Assembly: GCA_019058015.1 (NCBI GenBank)
Contig: JAHLWH010000193.1
Location: 1-28,725, forward strand
Source: Promethearchaeota archaeon
GTDB taxonomy: Archaea > Asgardarchaeota > Lokiarchaeia > Sigyniarchaeales > SOKP01
DNA: 28,725 nucleotides
Direction: 5' to 3'
How positions within the stretch are numbered: the first letter of the stretch is position 1; every line of letters starts with the position of its first letter. This document shows, in pieces, positions 1 to 9,975 of this stretch. The translations under genes and the position numbers were made by a program. Below the pieces are notes generated by a model that saw only the letters and a list, made by a program, of their open reading frames with translations, was not told where the DNA came from and ran no database searches.

Positions 1-402
1 GGATTTTTTTCTCTCTATCGGTAAGGTATCAGCCCAAAATAGAAGCCCAGCAAAAAATGAAATCAAAATCGTCAGTATTGCGTTAATTTGGGTTAAGTGA
101 ATGCCAACAAATTTACTGAACCAAAAATTCCAATATATGATTGAATTAAAAACAAGCATAAATATTTGGGAACCCATCACAATAAACAGTAAAAATGAAG
201 GCAATTTCATGTTTTGAATTAATACAGAACTCAAATAAGCAATAACAGTTAGCACAATTGTGCCAAAGAAGACTCCAATCACTAGAAATATGGCAATCTC
301 ATCAACTATATATGAAAACCATTGTGAAATAATCCAGAGTCCAAGAAAATTTAATCCAACTATGTCAAGACATAAAATTTGGGTGATTTTTTTTATTTCC
401 AT
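1..402 (-). CDS. Hypothetical multi-pass membrane protein, partial (runs off the window start)
   Basis: Read by hand: ATG at 402, MEIKKITQILCLDIVGLNFLGLWIISQWFSYIVDEIAIFLVIGVFFGTIVLTVIAYL...FWADTLPIERKKS. Open to base 1 with several hydrophobic segments. Not in the ORF track because it is truncated. Confidence 0.7.
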   Translation of the reverse strand, partial: MEIKKITQILCLDIVGLNFLGLWIISQWFSYIVDEIAIFLVIGVFFGTIVLTVIAYLSSVLIQNMKLPSFLLFIVMGSQIFMLVFNSIIYWNFWFSKFVGIHLTQINAILTILISFFAGLLFWADTLPIERKKS

Positions 403-498
403 TCTAAATTAAAAAAGTAGCTTCCTCATTAAAAAATATTTATAAAAATGTAAAGGAAGGGTTAAATTCTGACTTAGTCTATGAATTTAAACAATTAA

Positions 499-1710
499 TC
501 AAAAAAGGCGATTAATTACATTTTTATAACCTATATCTTCTTCAATATCATTCATACCATCCTCCGAATTAAGCGCTTTAAGTAACAATGGAGAAATCGG
601 GCCTTTCCCAAGGAATAAAATTTTTATTTTATTTCCTAAAGTGGGGTCAATCATTGCTCCAAACTTTAAATCAGCATCACTTGACACCTCATTTGAAACA
701 GTGGATACTACGTTATCTATTTTTGATAAGGAAATATCATGATCTCCAGATATTGAAACTATACACTGATCTATTTTTTTTGTATCGGGTTCCAGAAGGG
801 GATTATTAATAGCCAATTTTGTTTTATTTATAAGATCATTTTTATCTCCAACTGAATCAGCAATTCCAATAATTCCTGATGGATATTTCCCTGTTTTTCT
901 AAGAACATTTTTCACATCAGCATAATCTAAATTGACCATTCCACAATTATTTATAAGACCAACCAAAGATCTGCAACTTCTGACAAGAACTTCATCCATA
1001 ATCTTAAAACCAGTCATCATTGAAATGTTTTGGTCTAACTTAAATAGACGGTCGTTTGGAATGGGAATTAACGAATCTGAATATTGTGCTAATTCTTTTA
1101 ATGCAATATTCGCACGCAAGCTCCTTTTTTCTCCCTCCATTCCAAACGGTAATGTGCAGAAAGTAACAACGATAGCACCTGCTTTTTTTGCCTCTCTTGC
1201 AATAATAGGAGTGGCACCAGTTCCTGTCCCTCCTCCTAAGCCGCACGTTAAAAATACTACATCTGCATCCATGAATTCTCTAATTCTTTTAACATCACAT
1301 TCAGCAGATTCCTTTCCTATTTCAGGATTATTTCCTGACCCCAACCCTTTGGAAATTTCTTTTCCAATTAATAATTTTGAACTCGCATGCGAATAATACA
1401 AATCTTGAGCGTCTGTATTTATGTTTAATGTCTCAGCTCCAATAATACCTCCCTCTTGCAATCGCGATACTGTGTTATTGCCAGCTCCTCCCACTCCTAC
1501 TACCAATGTCTTAATATTCAAAACATTTAATAAATCCGCTAAAAATTCATCGGAATCTCCCCTTTTCGGAATATTAATACCTTCTTTGGATGGAAAAGCA
1601 TTTTTAATACTCGCATTCAAAAAAGCTTTCAACCTTCTATCTTGATAGGAATCAAAATTAAAGGAATCAACCTTTCTTATAATAGGCTCTTGAAATTCCA
1701 TATAAATCAT
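499..1710 (-). CDS. ftsZ: Cell division GTPase FtsZ (archaeal FtsZ1-like)
   Basis: GVGGAGNN, NTDAQDL, tubulin signature GGGTGTG, PFxxEG, intact T7 loop NLDYAD, NPLL. Has the archaeal-type N-terminal extension (SDEFLADLL). Exact start codon uncertain. Confidence 0.95.
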   Translation of the reverse strand: MIYMEFQEPIIRKVDSFNFDSYQDRRLKAFLNASIKNAFPSKEGINIPKRGDSDEFLADLLNVLNIKTLVVGVGGAGNNTVSRLQEGGIIGAETLNINTDAQDLYYSHASSKLLIGKEISKGLGSGNNPEIGKESAECDVKRIREFMDADVVFLTCGLGGGTGTGATPIIAREAKKAGAIVVTFCTLPFGMEGEKRSLRANIALKELAQYSDSLIPIPNDRLFKLDQNISMMTGFKIMDEVLVRSCRSLVGLINNCGMVNLDYADVKNVLRKTGKYPSGIIGIADSVGDKNDLINKTKLAINNPLLEPDTKKIDQCIVSISGDHDISLSKIDNVVSTVSNEVSSDADLKFGAMIDPTLGNKIKILFLGKGPISPLLLKALNSEDGMNDIEEDIGYKNVINRLF

Positions 1711-1877
1711 GAAATTATGTTATATTATCTAGATATACATTTAGAAGTAGATCTAAATATTAAAGTGTAATATCGACATAATATGGAATTTTCATTTACA
1801 TATCTATTCAAGATAAAAAGTATTAAACCACTCTTCTTTGTTTAAATTAACTATTTTAATATAAATGCTTATCATCG

Positions 1878-2828
1878 ATGAAAAAAGAATACGTCCTATT
1901 GGGGATAATAATAGGATTTTGGAGTTTCTCATTTATAATAGTCGATAATCTATTGATGTTTATAACCCCAATTACAATTGCTTTCTATCGGTTCATAATT
2001 GCATCCTTTGCTCTCTTGCTGATAACACTTTTTGAAAAAATATGGAAAAAAAAGAATAATTTTATGAAAAATGATCAGGAGATTTATAAGAATAATGAAG
2101 AGATAATAAAAAATCCAAATTCAAAAAAAAAAGATTATATCTTAATTTTAGCTTGTAGCTTTCTTGGAGGCTCCCTTTTTTATGTTGTCCAATACAACGC
2201 AATAGAACTGATTGGACCTTCAATATCTGCCTTATTAGTATGTTTATTATCCCCAATCTTCATTACGATTTTATCAATAATTTTCTTCAATGAAAAATTA
2301 AATATTTTTAAAATTATCGGTTTTATCTTAGCAACAATAGGCACATTAATACTAATGCCACGTGGCAATTTAAATAATTTAAATCTGTTTTCTGAAAATC
2401 TTTTTGGAAATATTCTCGGTATCAGCCAACCAATTATTTGGGCTGTTTATTCCATCCTCCTGAAGAAATTAACAAAAAAATTAACACCCATTCAAACCAT
2501 GCGTTATGTAATATATATTGGAACTCTTGAATTATTCCTATTTGTTATATTTATGGGCGAACTGGATATATTTATTGAAAACTTTTTTAATCCTTATGTC
2601 ATTTTAAATGTTGCTTATCTTGCAATTATCGCGAGTGTAATTGGAGGTATTCTTTGGGCATCAAGTATGAAAAAACTTGAAGCCTCAAAGGTCGCATCAT
2701 TTCTCTATGCAGAACCCTTCTTAACTCTACTTTTTTCTTTTGTTTTAGGCATTGAGCAGGATATCTTGGTTCCATTATTCGGAGGTATTCTAATTTTAAT
2801 AGCAGTAATTATTATTTCAAGTGGATAA
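1878..2828 (+). CDS. DMT/EamA family transporter
   Basis: About 10 hydrophobic helices. EamA motifs WSFSF, FYRF, PIF...FFNEKL, ASFLYAEP. Confidence 0.9.
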   Translation: MKKEYVLLGIIIGFWSFSFIIVDNLLMFITPITIAFYRFIIASFALLLITLFEKIWKKKNNFMKNDQEIYKNNEEIIKNPNSKKKDYILILACSFLGGSLFYVVQYNAIELIGPSISALLVCLLSPIFITILSIIFFNEKLNIFKIIGFILATIGTLILMPRGNLNNLNLFSENLFGNILGISQPIIWAVYSILLKKLTKKLTPIQTMRYVIYIGTLELFLFVIFMGELDIFIENFFNPYVILNVAYLAIIASVIGGILWASSMKKLEASKVASFLYAEPFLTLLFSFVLGIEQDILVPLFGGILILIAVIIISSG

Positions 2829-3007
2829 TTTAAGGAATTACGGATAAAATATCCTGTGTGTTGAAAAAATATTTATTATGATCAAAACATAAAAAGTTTT
2901 TAAAGAATATCAAAATAATTTGTAAAATTTTTTTAAAAACCTTTAATTTATATTTTATAAGTATCCGAATTTCAATTTAAAATTATAAAAAAAAAGATTT
3001 TAAAAAA

Positions 3008-3541
3008 ATGACTGAATCAAAATTTAGAATCGACGAAGTTGACAGGAATATAATTGATTTGTTGCAGAACAACCCCACTTTGACACATATGGAAATAGCA
3101 GAGAAAATTTCTAGATCCCAACCTACTGTAGGTATGCGTATTCATAAATTGGAGGAAAAAGGACTTCTGGAGATGCAAAGAGGTGTCAATTTTAAGAAAG
3201 TTGATCTATTTTTAGCATCGGTGACATTAAGAACTAAAGATCCCGATGACATTTTTGAAATGGCGAGAGTCTGCCCGTTTATTATTAATTGTTTTAAATT
3301 ATCAGGCGAGGAAAATATCCTATTATTGCTTTCTGCCTCGAATTTAAATAAATTAGATAATATGGTAAATTTCCACTTCAGAAACAATAAGAACATAACA
3401 AATGTTAAAATGGAAGTTGTAGTTGACATTGCTAAGGACTTAATCCTTCCGGTGGATTTCAGATCAGAGGATCAAAATCCCACAAAAGAAGAATGTTGTG
3501 GAGAAGATTGTGTAAAACTAATTGAAAAAGTTAATGCATAG
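3008..3541 (+). CDS. Lrp/AsnC family transcriptional regulator with Cys-rich C-terminus
   Basis: N-terminal HTH (DEVDRNIIDLLQ...EIAEKISRSQPTVGMRIHKLEEKG), RAM domain (LSGEENI), CPF motif, C-terminal CCGEDC. Confidence 0.9.
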   Translation: MTESKFRIDEVDRNIIDLLQNNPTLTHMEIAEKISRSQPTVGMRIHKLEEKGLLEMQRGVNFKKVDLFLASVTLRTKDPDDIFEMARVCPFIINCFKLSGEENILLLLSASNLNKLDNMVNFHFRNNKNITNVKMEVVVDIAKDLILPVDFRSEDQNPTKEECCGEDCVKLIEKVNA

Positions 3542-3552
3542 ATTGAAAAGTT

Positions 3553-4104
3553 TTAATCTCTTTTAATATTTATTATTGGTCTATTTTTATTTAGATAACA
3601 ATTTGGCCCACAAGAGTTTCCATCAAATTTCTCAATCCTAAAATCAATGGGCATAACGAAACTTCTTTCTGCGGAAATGATAAAATTTGTTTTTACGTTT
3701 AATACATTCTCATCCCCCCTAAAACAAAGATCAACAATTTTCTCAATGATTGAAATAGATGAGGCAGCTAAAAAGATCATAAGATTAAATTCACCAGATA
3801 TTCTAAATATATAATTAATGAAAGGGCAATCCTTAACTTTTTTTATGACATCTTCGACATCTCGTGTGGAAACTTGAACAATCGCAACATCTAAATCAAC
3901 TTTTCTAAGATCAAATCCAACTTGTTTAGTTATAAGGGACTTTCGTTCTAATTTTAGAATTCTTGCTCCAATGGCAGGCTGGCTTTTACCTATTTCCTCA
4001 GCAATAAAACTGTGCGTTAAATCTGGATTCTCCTCGAGCATTTCTATTATCTTTTTATCATCATTATCAATCCTCAATTTCTCGTTAAAAGTTTGTTTTA
4101 ACAT
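3553..4104 (-). CDS. Lrp/AsnC family transcriptional regulator (paralog of the upstream gene)
   Basis: HTH (DNDDKKIIEML...IAEEIGKSQPAIGARILKLE), RAM domain (ISGEFNL), CPF motif, C-terminal CGPNC. Confidence 0.9.
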   Translation of the reverse strand: MLKQTFNEKLRIDNDDKKIIEMLEENPDLTHSFIAEEIGKSQPAIGARILKLERKSLITKQVGFDLRKVDLDVAIVQVSTRDVEDVIKKVKDCPFINYIFRISGEFNLMIFLAASSISIIEKIVDLCFRGDENVLNVKTNFIISAERSFVMPIDFRIEKFDGNSCGPNCYLNKNRPIINIKRD

Positions 4105-4199
4105 TTACTTTTTTCACTCCAAAATTTACTATTATTAATTTAAAGTGTAAATGATAATAATAAAATTTTTATATATTTTGAATGTGCTTAAATGGAAGT

Positions 4200-4430
4200 T
4201 CATAATATTTCAATTGCCTTTTGTTTGCATGCAGTCGTACAAAGGTGGCATTTAACACAAAAAGGTTCTCTCTCTGTAACAATAATACATTTTGGTGCCA
4301 AATCCTTATTTATTACCTTATAGATCCCTCTAAAACATACATTTTCACAGTCGAATGTTTGACACTTTAAGCATTTATTCTCTCTAATAATATGAAATGT
4401 TTTCGCTGAACAGTTACTTGAAACTTCCAC
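4200..4430 (-). CDS. Small dicluster 4Fe-4S ferredoxin
   Basis: CxxCxxxxCxxxC (CLKCQTFDCENVC) and CxxCxxCxxxC (CVKCHLCTTAC). GTG start. Confidence 0.85.
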   Translation of the reverse strand: MEVSSNCSAKTFHIIRENKCLKCQTFDCENVCFRGIYKVINKDLAPKCIIVTEREPFCVKCHLCTTACKQKAIEIL

Positions 4431-4889
4431 AAGATAAAATACTAATTAAAAACTTTAATTTTATTGATTATAAAATAAAAAGAAAATTGCAAAGTGATAA
4501 ATTTAAAAAAAGAAATTACTTAATTCCGTTTATTTGATATTAACTGATAATAAAATTTGTCGATAGTTTTTAATTAAGAAATTTTTTAGGCAATTTTCTA
4601 GATTTCAATTAAAGTGAAGAGAAAACATATACTTACTCTTATCATTATTTTTTTTTAAATATTTTATATATAAAAAGTTAAAACTAAACTTGTTCATTTT
4701 TAATTTGAGAAAAAATTTCTATAAATTATATACAACAAATTCTAATTTTTCAAATATTTACTTAAGTTTAAGATGGAAAAGAATATAATTGGAAAGAAAA
4801 TGTCACAAAAATAGAAAAAATGCTAAATTTGTAAATAAATAAAAATAATCATTATTTGCAATTTTTAAAATGAGAGTAGAAAATAAAAA

Positions 4890-5219
4890 ATGTCTAATGC
4901 TGATGTTATGTTCGATTTTTGTAAAGAAGAATTTAATATAGTCAATGGAAATAAAACTTCTCAAAAGATTTCATTATTTACTTTAAGTACATGCATGTGG
5001 TGTAAGAAAACTAAAAAGTATTTGAATGATAATAATATAAAGTATAGATTTATCGATGTAGATAAAATAGATAAAAACACAAAAAAAGGAATTTTAGATT
5101 GTTTAAGAAAAGCCTATAAAGAAAGAATTGCTTTTCCTTTTTTAATCGTTGACGATCAACCTATCGTTGGTTACGATCCAGAAAAATATAGAAAATTAAT
5201 TAAAAGGGAGGGAGTATGA
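4890..5219 (+). CDS. Glutaredoxin/NrdH-like redoxin
   Basis: TLSTCMWCKK CxxC, cis-Pro loop AFP, IVGYD. One nt separates it from the FTR gene. Confidence 0.9.
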   Translation: MSNADVMFDFCKEEFNIVNGNKTSQKISLFTLSTCMWCKKTKKYLNDNNIKYRFIDVDKIDKNTKKGILDCLRKAYKERIAFPFLIVDDQPIVGYDPEKYRKLIKREGV

Positions 5220-5220
5220 A

Positions 5221-5553
5221 ATGAATTTATCAACTAAAGATGGGATGATTCAATATTGTAAGCAAGTTGCTAAAACCAATAATTGGAATCTTAATAAGGA
5301 TAAAGAGACTTTTAAGGATTTAATAGATGGATTATTATATAATAAATTAAGATATGGATATCAATCTTGTCCATGTAGATTAGCTTCAGGAAAGAGGGAA
5401 TTAGATCGTGATTTAATTTGTCCATGTGATTATGCCCCAGCAGATATAATAGAATATGGGGCATGTTATTGCAATTTATATTTAGCTTCAAATTTTTATG
5501 AAAAGGGTTTGGATTTTGTAAATGTTCCTGAGAGGAGATCAATTGATTTGTAA
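5221..5553 (+). CDS. Ferredoxin:thioredoxin (glutaredoxin) reductase catalytic subunit
   Basis: Three diagnostic motifs CPCR, CPC and CYC, plus the VPERR tail. Confidence 0.92.
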   Translation: MNLSTKDGMIQYCKQVAKTNNWNLNKDKETFKDLIDGLLYNKLRYGYQSCPCRLASGKRELDRDLICPCDYAPADIIEYGACYCNLYLASNFYEKGLDFVNVPERRSIDL

Positions 5554-5714
5554 AGAAAAGCTGAAGAAAATATCTAGAACTAAGAAATTTATAAATTATA
5601 ATAAATTTGTTAAAAATCTTTCTCTATCTACATAACTAGTATAAAATAAATTACAAAAAATAGCCAGTAATAATTAATACATATTGAAATAACATTAATT
5701 TAAGGTGTATTAAA

Positions 5715-6203
5715 TTGGTATTAATCAGTAAAGAAATAAACGAAATAATGAATGCACAGATTATGAAGGAACTGGGATCAGCATATATTTATTTAGGGAT
5801 ATCGACATGGGCTGAGGAAAAATCGCTTCATAATATGGCAAAGTGGTTTAATGCTCAAGCTAAAGAAGAATATACACATGCAGAACGTTTTGTTAATTAT
5901 ATCATAGAAACGGGAGGTCATGTGGAATATCAAACAATAGATGGTGTTAAAACCGATTTTGAAAGCGTAGAGGATTGCATTAAAGCTACAATTGAACATG
6001 AAGAATATATTACAGGAGAAATAAAAAAAATATTAGAAAAGGCAATGGAATTAAAAGAATATGAAGCAATAGAAATGCTTCAATGGTTTATTAAGGAACA
6101 GATCGAAGAAGAGGCTCAATCTAACGAATTGATGACTACATATATTCTTTTTAGAAAAAATGATGCACTTTGGGATCAACATTTACACAGAGATGAGGAA
6201 TAA
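5715..6203 (+). CDS. ftnA: Ferritin (non-heme, FtnA-like)
   Basis: Ferroxidase residues in KELxSxYIY, EEYTHA, EHEEYIT and EQIEEE. TTG start 7 nt after the AGGTG ribosome-binding site. Confidence 0.92.
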   Translation: MVLISKEINEIMNAQIMKELGSAYIYLGISTWAEEKSLHNMAKWFNAQAKEEYTHAERFVNYIIETGGHVEYQTIDGVKTDFESVEDCIKATIEHEEYITGEIKKILEKAMELKEYEAIEMLQWFIKEQIEEEAQSNELMTTYILFRKNDALWDQHLHRDEE

Positions 6204-6341
6204 AAATAAACATATAAAAAATAGCAATATTGTGATTTTAAAAATTGCTTCAATTTTTTTTAATTTTTTTTAACGTTTTATTTATTTTCATTATAATTTT
6301 TTAACAATATATTTTTATTCTCAGTTTTCTCTTTAATTAAC

Positions 6342-6497
6342 ATGAGTTATAAAGAATTAACTGATGAAGAAGTAGAAGAAGAATTAGAAAGAGCTTACAA
6401 ATTAAAAGAAGTTCAAAAGAACCATTGTGGTACTGCCCTTCCATCTAGCAGAGAAACAGGACTTCAAAGAGATAAGGTTAAAATGAAAAAAGATTAA
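6342..6497 (+). CDS. Small hypothetical protein (51 aa)
   Basis: Read by hand: MSYKELTDEEVEEELERAYKLKEVQKNHCGTALPSSRETGLQRDKVKMKKD*. Purine-rich and GAA-rich like neighbouring genes, inside an otherwise T-rich intergenic region. Confidence 0.55.
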   Translation: MSYKELTDEEVEEELERAYKLKEVQKNHCGTALPSSRETGLQRDKVKMKKD

Positions 6498-6720
6498 CTT
6501 GGATTTTATTTGAGATAAAAAGCAAATATAATAATTTCAGATTAATTTTAATAAATTATTAAACATTTAGATGGAAAGGTTCCTATATCTTAAGTCAATG
6601 TTTATTTTTTTTTATAATATAATCTGTAGTTATTTACACTATTGGAAATATTATTATTTAAAAATAAAAATTTCTTAAGAAATATTCAAACACAAATAAA
6701 AAATTAATAGGTTAAGACCA

Positions 6721-7305
6721 ATGAAAAAAACAGTAGAAAATTTAATGGCAGCCTTTATGGGCGAATCTCAAGCAAGAAATAGATATACAATGTTTTCTAA
6801 AATAGCAAAAAAAGAAGGTTATGTACTAATATCAAAAATCTTTAGTGAAACCGCTGACCAAGAGAGAGAGCACGCAACGTGGAATTATAGAATGTTGCAA
6901 AATCTAAAAAAAGAAGAAAGTTTTGATGATTTGGAAGTTCAAGCTGCAGGACCTACAACTTATGGAACGACCGAAGAAAACTTAAAATCTGCAATTGCTG
7001 GAGAAGATTATGAATGGCAAGAAATGTATCCAGGATTTGCAGATGTTGCAGAAAAGGAAGGATATCCTGAAATTGCTACTCGATTGAGATCCATTGCTCG
7101 TGCTGAAAAACATCATTCAGAACGCTATGGTAAGCTTTTAAAACTAGTCGGTGATGATGCATTCTTCAAACGTGGGAAGAAGATTGTTTGGGTATGTATG
7201 GAGTGCGGTTATGAAGTAGAGATGGACGAATTACCAGAAGATTGGAGGTGTCCTGCTTGTGATCATCCAAGAGCATACTACCGAAAAAAATGTGAAGAAT
7301 TTTAA
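6721..7305 (+). CDS. rbr: Rubrerythrin
   Basis: [30 protein letters not shown] diiron ligands. C-terminal rubredoxin-like CMECG...CPAC. Confidence 0.95.
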   Translation: MKKTVENLMAAFMGESQARNRYTMFSKIAKKEGYVLISKIFSETADQEREHATWNYRMLQNLKKEESFDDLEVQAAGPTTYGTTEENLKSAIAGEDYEWQEMYPGFADVAEKEGYPEIATRLRSIARAEKHHSERYGKLLKLVGDDAFFKRGKKIVWVCMECGYEVEMDELPEDWRCPACDHPRAYYRKKCEEF

Positions 7306-7386
7306 ATTTTTTTAATATTTATAAGAAAATAATTTTTAAAATCAAAATATTCAATAAATAAACATATAAGAAAAGGCGAAAGAATC

Positions 7387-7779
7387 TTGACTCAATTAAA
7401 AGAAATTTATAAATGTGAAGTTTGTGGTAATATTGTTGAAATGCTTCATACTGGAGGTGGTACTCTTGTATGTTGCGGACAAGATATGAAATTAATAGAA
7501 CCAAAAACTGCTGATTATAAAGGAGAAAAACATGTTCCTTATTTAGAAATTGATGGGAATAAAGTGACTGTTTCTATTGGAATTGTTGCAAATATGGCTC
7601 ATCCAATGACTGAAGAACATTGGATTGAATGGATAGAATTAATTTGCAAGGATAATTGCTATAAAAGGAAATTTCTTAAGCCAGGCGATGAACCTAAAGC
7701 AACATTTGTAGTAGCAGATACTGAGGGACTATGGGCTAGAGAATATTGTAATTTACATGGTTTATGGAAATCAAAATAA
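7387..7779 (+). CDS. dfx: Desulfoferrodoxin (2Fe superoxide reductase)
   Basis: Desulforedoxin domain CEVCG...CCG. SOR ligands EKHVP, HPM, HWI, CNLHG. TTG start. Confidence 0.95.
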   Translation: MTQLKEIYKCEVCGNIVEMLHTGGGTLVCCGQDMKLIEPKTADYKGEKHVPYLEIDGNKVTVSIGIVANMAHPMTEEHWIEWIELICKDNCYKRKFLKPGDEPKATFVVADTEGLWAREYCNLHGLWKSK

Positions 7780-7891
7780 TAAAATAATTTAAAATATTTT
7801 TTTTTTAATATTTTCCTTCTATCTTTTTTATGGAAATAAAAAAAAGTCTTATTTGCAATTATAATAAGAAAATAAACTAGAAATTAAAAAA

Positions 7892-9865
7892 TCATTGTTC
7901 TTCTGCTTCTATTCTTATCTTTTCTCTAATTAATTCATCAACAACACTTGGATCTGCAAGTGTGGTTATATTTCCAACATTCGATCCTGTAGCGATTGCT
8001 TTTAAAATCCTTCGCATTATTTTACCACTTCTTGTTTTTGGTAGGGTATCAGCGAATTGAATGACCTCTGGCTGGAAAACGGGACCTATTTCTGTTCTAA
8101 CATGCATAACTATGTCTCTTTTAAGTTTTGTTGTTTTTTTAATTCCTTCCATTAAAGTTACATAAGCATAAATTGCTTGTCCCTTTATCTCATGTGGAAT
8201 TGGTGCAACTGCTGCCTCAGCAACTTTAGGATGACTAACAATAGCACTTTCAATTTCCATTGTTCCAATTCGATGTCCGCTAACCTTTATAACATCGTCG
8301 AGCCGACCTAGAATCCAGTAATAACCGTTTTGATCACGGCGTGCTCCATCACCAGTAAAAAATTTATTTGGAAATCTCTCAAGATAGGTTGATTTAAAAC
8401 GCTCCGGATCACCCCATACATTTCTTAACATACCTGGCCAAGGTTGCTGGATTACTAAATAACCCCCTTCATTTGCCTCAACCTCTACTTCCTCAACATC
8501 AACGATTTTTAGACTAATTCCAAAAAATGGAAGTGTACAGGATCCTGGCTTCATTGGAGTGGCAGTAGATATAGGAGTTATTAAAAATCCACCACTCTCC
8601 GTTAACCAATATGTATCAACGATAGGGCATCTTTCCTTTCCAATAATCCTATAATACCAGAGCCATGCTTCTGGATTAATTGGCTCTCCAACTGTTCCTA
8701 AGACCTTTAGGCTGTTAATATTATGTTTAAGAACTGGTTTATCCCCATATCTCATTAGAGAACGAATAGCGGTTGGGGCTGTGTAGAATTGATTTACTTT
8801 GTACTTCTCTATAATTGCCCAAAACCTATCAACATCTGGAAATGTGGGTACGCCTTCGAACATTACGGTAGTTGCTCCGTTACACAATGGACCATAGATT
8901 ATATAACTATGCCCAGTAATCCAACCAATATCTGCTGTACAAAACCATACCTCACCTTCCTTATAGTTGAACACGATTTTGTGTGAGTATGAAGTAAATA
9001 ACAAATATCCTCCAGTTGTATGAAGAACTCCTTTTGGTTTTCCGGTCGTACCGCTTGTATATAAAATAAACATTGGGTCTTCTGAATCCATTTCTTCACA
9101 TGGACATTCTTCTGATTGACCTGCAATAAAATCTTCATACCAAATATCCTTTTCATCATCCCATGGAACTTCTACACCAGCTCGTTTAACAACAATTACT
9201 TTCTCAATTGTTGGGCATTGCTCAATAATTAAAGCCGCGCCTTCTTTCATTGGGTATAATTTTCCAGATCTTTTAGTTTTATCGACAGTAAATAATAATT
9301 TTGCTTCACTATCTGCTATTCTATCTTTTACCGCTTCTTTGCTAAATCCTCCAAAAACAATAGAATGAATAACTCCAATTCTAGTACATGCAAGCATAAT
9401 GATAGCGAGTTCAGGAATCATTGGCAACCAAATAGCAATTCTATCACCTTTTTTTAATCCTGCTACTTTCATAGCATTTGCTACTTTGGAGACTTGCTTA
9501 AGAAGCTCCATAAACGTGAACTTCTTTTCAGTTCCATCATCACCTTCCCAAATTATTGCAACTTGGTCTCCCCTACCATTTTTAATATGTCTATCTATAC
9601 AATTATAACTAACATTAAGTTTTCCACCAATAAACCATTTACCAGGAAATAAATTGGTGCTTTCCCAAACTTTATCCCATTTCCTAAACCAATCTAAAGT
9701 TTCTGCGGCCTTACCCCAGAATTTTTCAGGATTTTCTATAGACTCCTTATGCATTTTTTTATATTGTTCCATATTAGTAACATATCCAGTTTTCATAAAT
9801 TCTGGGCTTGGATTAAAAACACGTGTTTCTTTTAAAATTGAATCCATTTTTTCTTCTTTAGACAT
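7892..9865 (-). CDS. acs: Acetyl-CoA synthetase (AMP-forming)
   Basis: YTSGTTGKPKG, TADIGWITGHSY, GEPINPEAW, GRLDD, SGHRIGT, and LPKTRSGKIMRR (contains the acetylatable Lys). Confidence 0.97.
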   Translation of the reverse strand: MSKEEKMDSILKETRVFNPSPEFMKTGYVTNMEQYKKMHKESIENPEKFWGKAAETLDWFRKWDKVWESTNLFPGKWFIGGKLNVSYNCIDRHIKNGRGDQVAIIWEGDDGTEKKFTFMELLKQVSKVANAMKVAGLKKGDRIAIWLPMIPELAIIMLACTRIGVIHSIVFGGFSKEAVKDRIADSEAKLLFTVDKTKRSGKLYPMKEGAALIIEQCPTIEKVIVVKRAGVEVPWDDEKDIWYEDFIAGQSEECPCEEMDSEDPMFILYTSGTTGKPKGVLHTTGGYLLFTSYSHKIVFNYKEGEVWFCTADIGWITGHSYIIYGPLCNGATTVMFEGVPTFPDVDRFWAIIEKYKVNQFYTAPTAIRSLMRYGDKPVLKHNINSLKVLGTVGEPINPEAWLWYYRIIGKERCPIVDTYWLTESGGFLITPISTATPMKPGSCTLPFFGISLKIVDVEEVEVEANEGGYLVIQQPWPGMLRNVWGDPERFKSTYLERFPNKFFTGDGARRDQNGYYWILGRLDDVIKVSGHRIGTMEIESAIVSHPKVAEAAVAPIPHEIKGQAIYAYVTLMEGIKKTTKLKRDIVMHVRTEIGPVFQPEVIQFADTLPKTRSGKIMRRILKAIATGSNVGNITTLADPSVVDELIREKIRIEAEEQ

Positions 9866-9975
9866 AAAATATGACTCTTTTAAACGTTAAATTAAATTCT
9901 ACTCTATTTTTTTTATTATTGAAAAAAAATAAAACATTTCGTTTATAATTTAAAAATAATAAGAATAATATCAAT

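Noticed and set aside
2067-2115. Imperfect 7-aa duplication (KNDQEIY/KNNEEII) in a DMT loop
   Set aside because: Low-complexity Lys/Asn loop with only two degenerate units and no functional implication.
4843-4857. 7-1-7 palindrome AAATAAT-C-ATTATTT resembling a Fur/Per box upstream of grx
   Set aside because: Almost pure A/T in a very AT-rich region. I found no equally good copies upstream of ftn, rbr, dfx or fprA, and no Fur/PerR gene is in the window.
5551-5577. Short coding-like continuation (RKAEENI*) after the FTR TAA
   Set aside because: Only 7 codons, and all catalytic motifs are already complete. At most a trivial C-terminal truncation.
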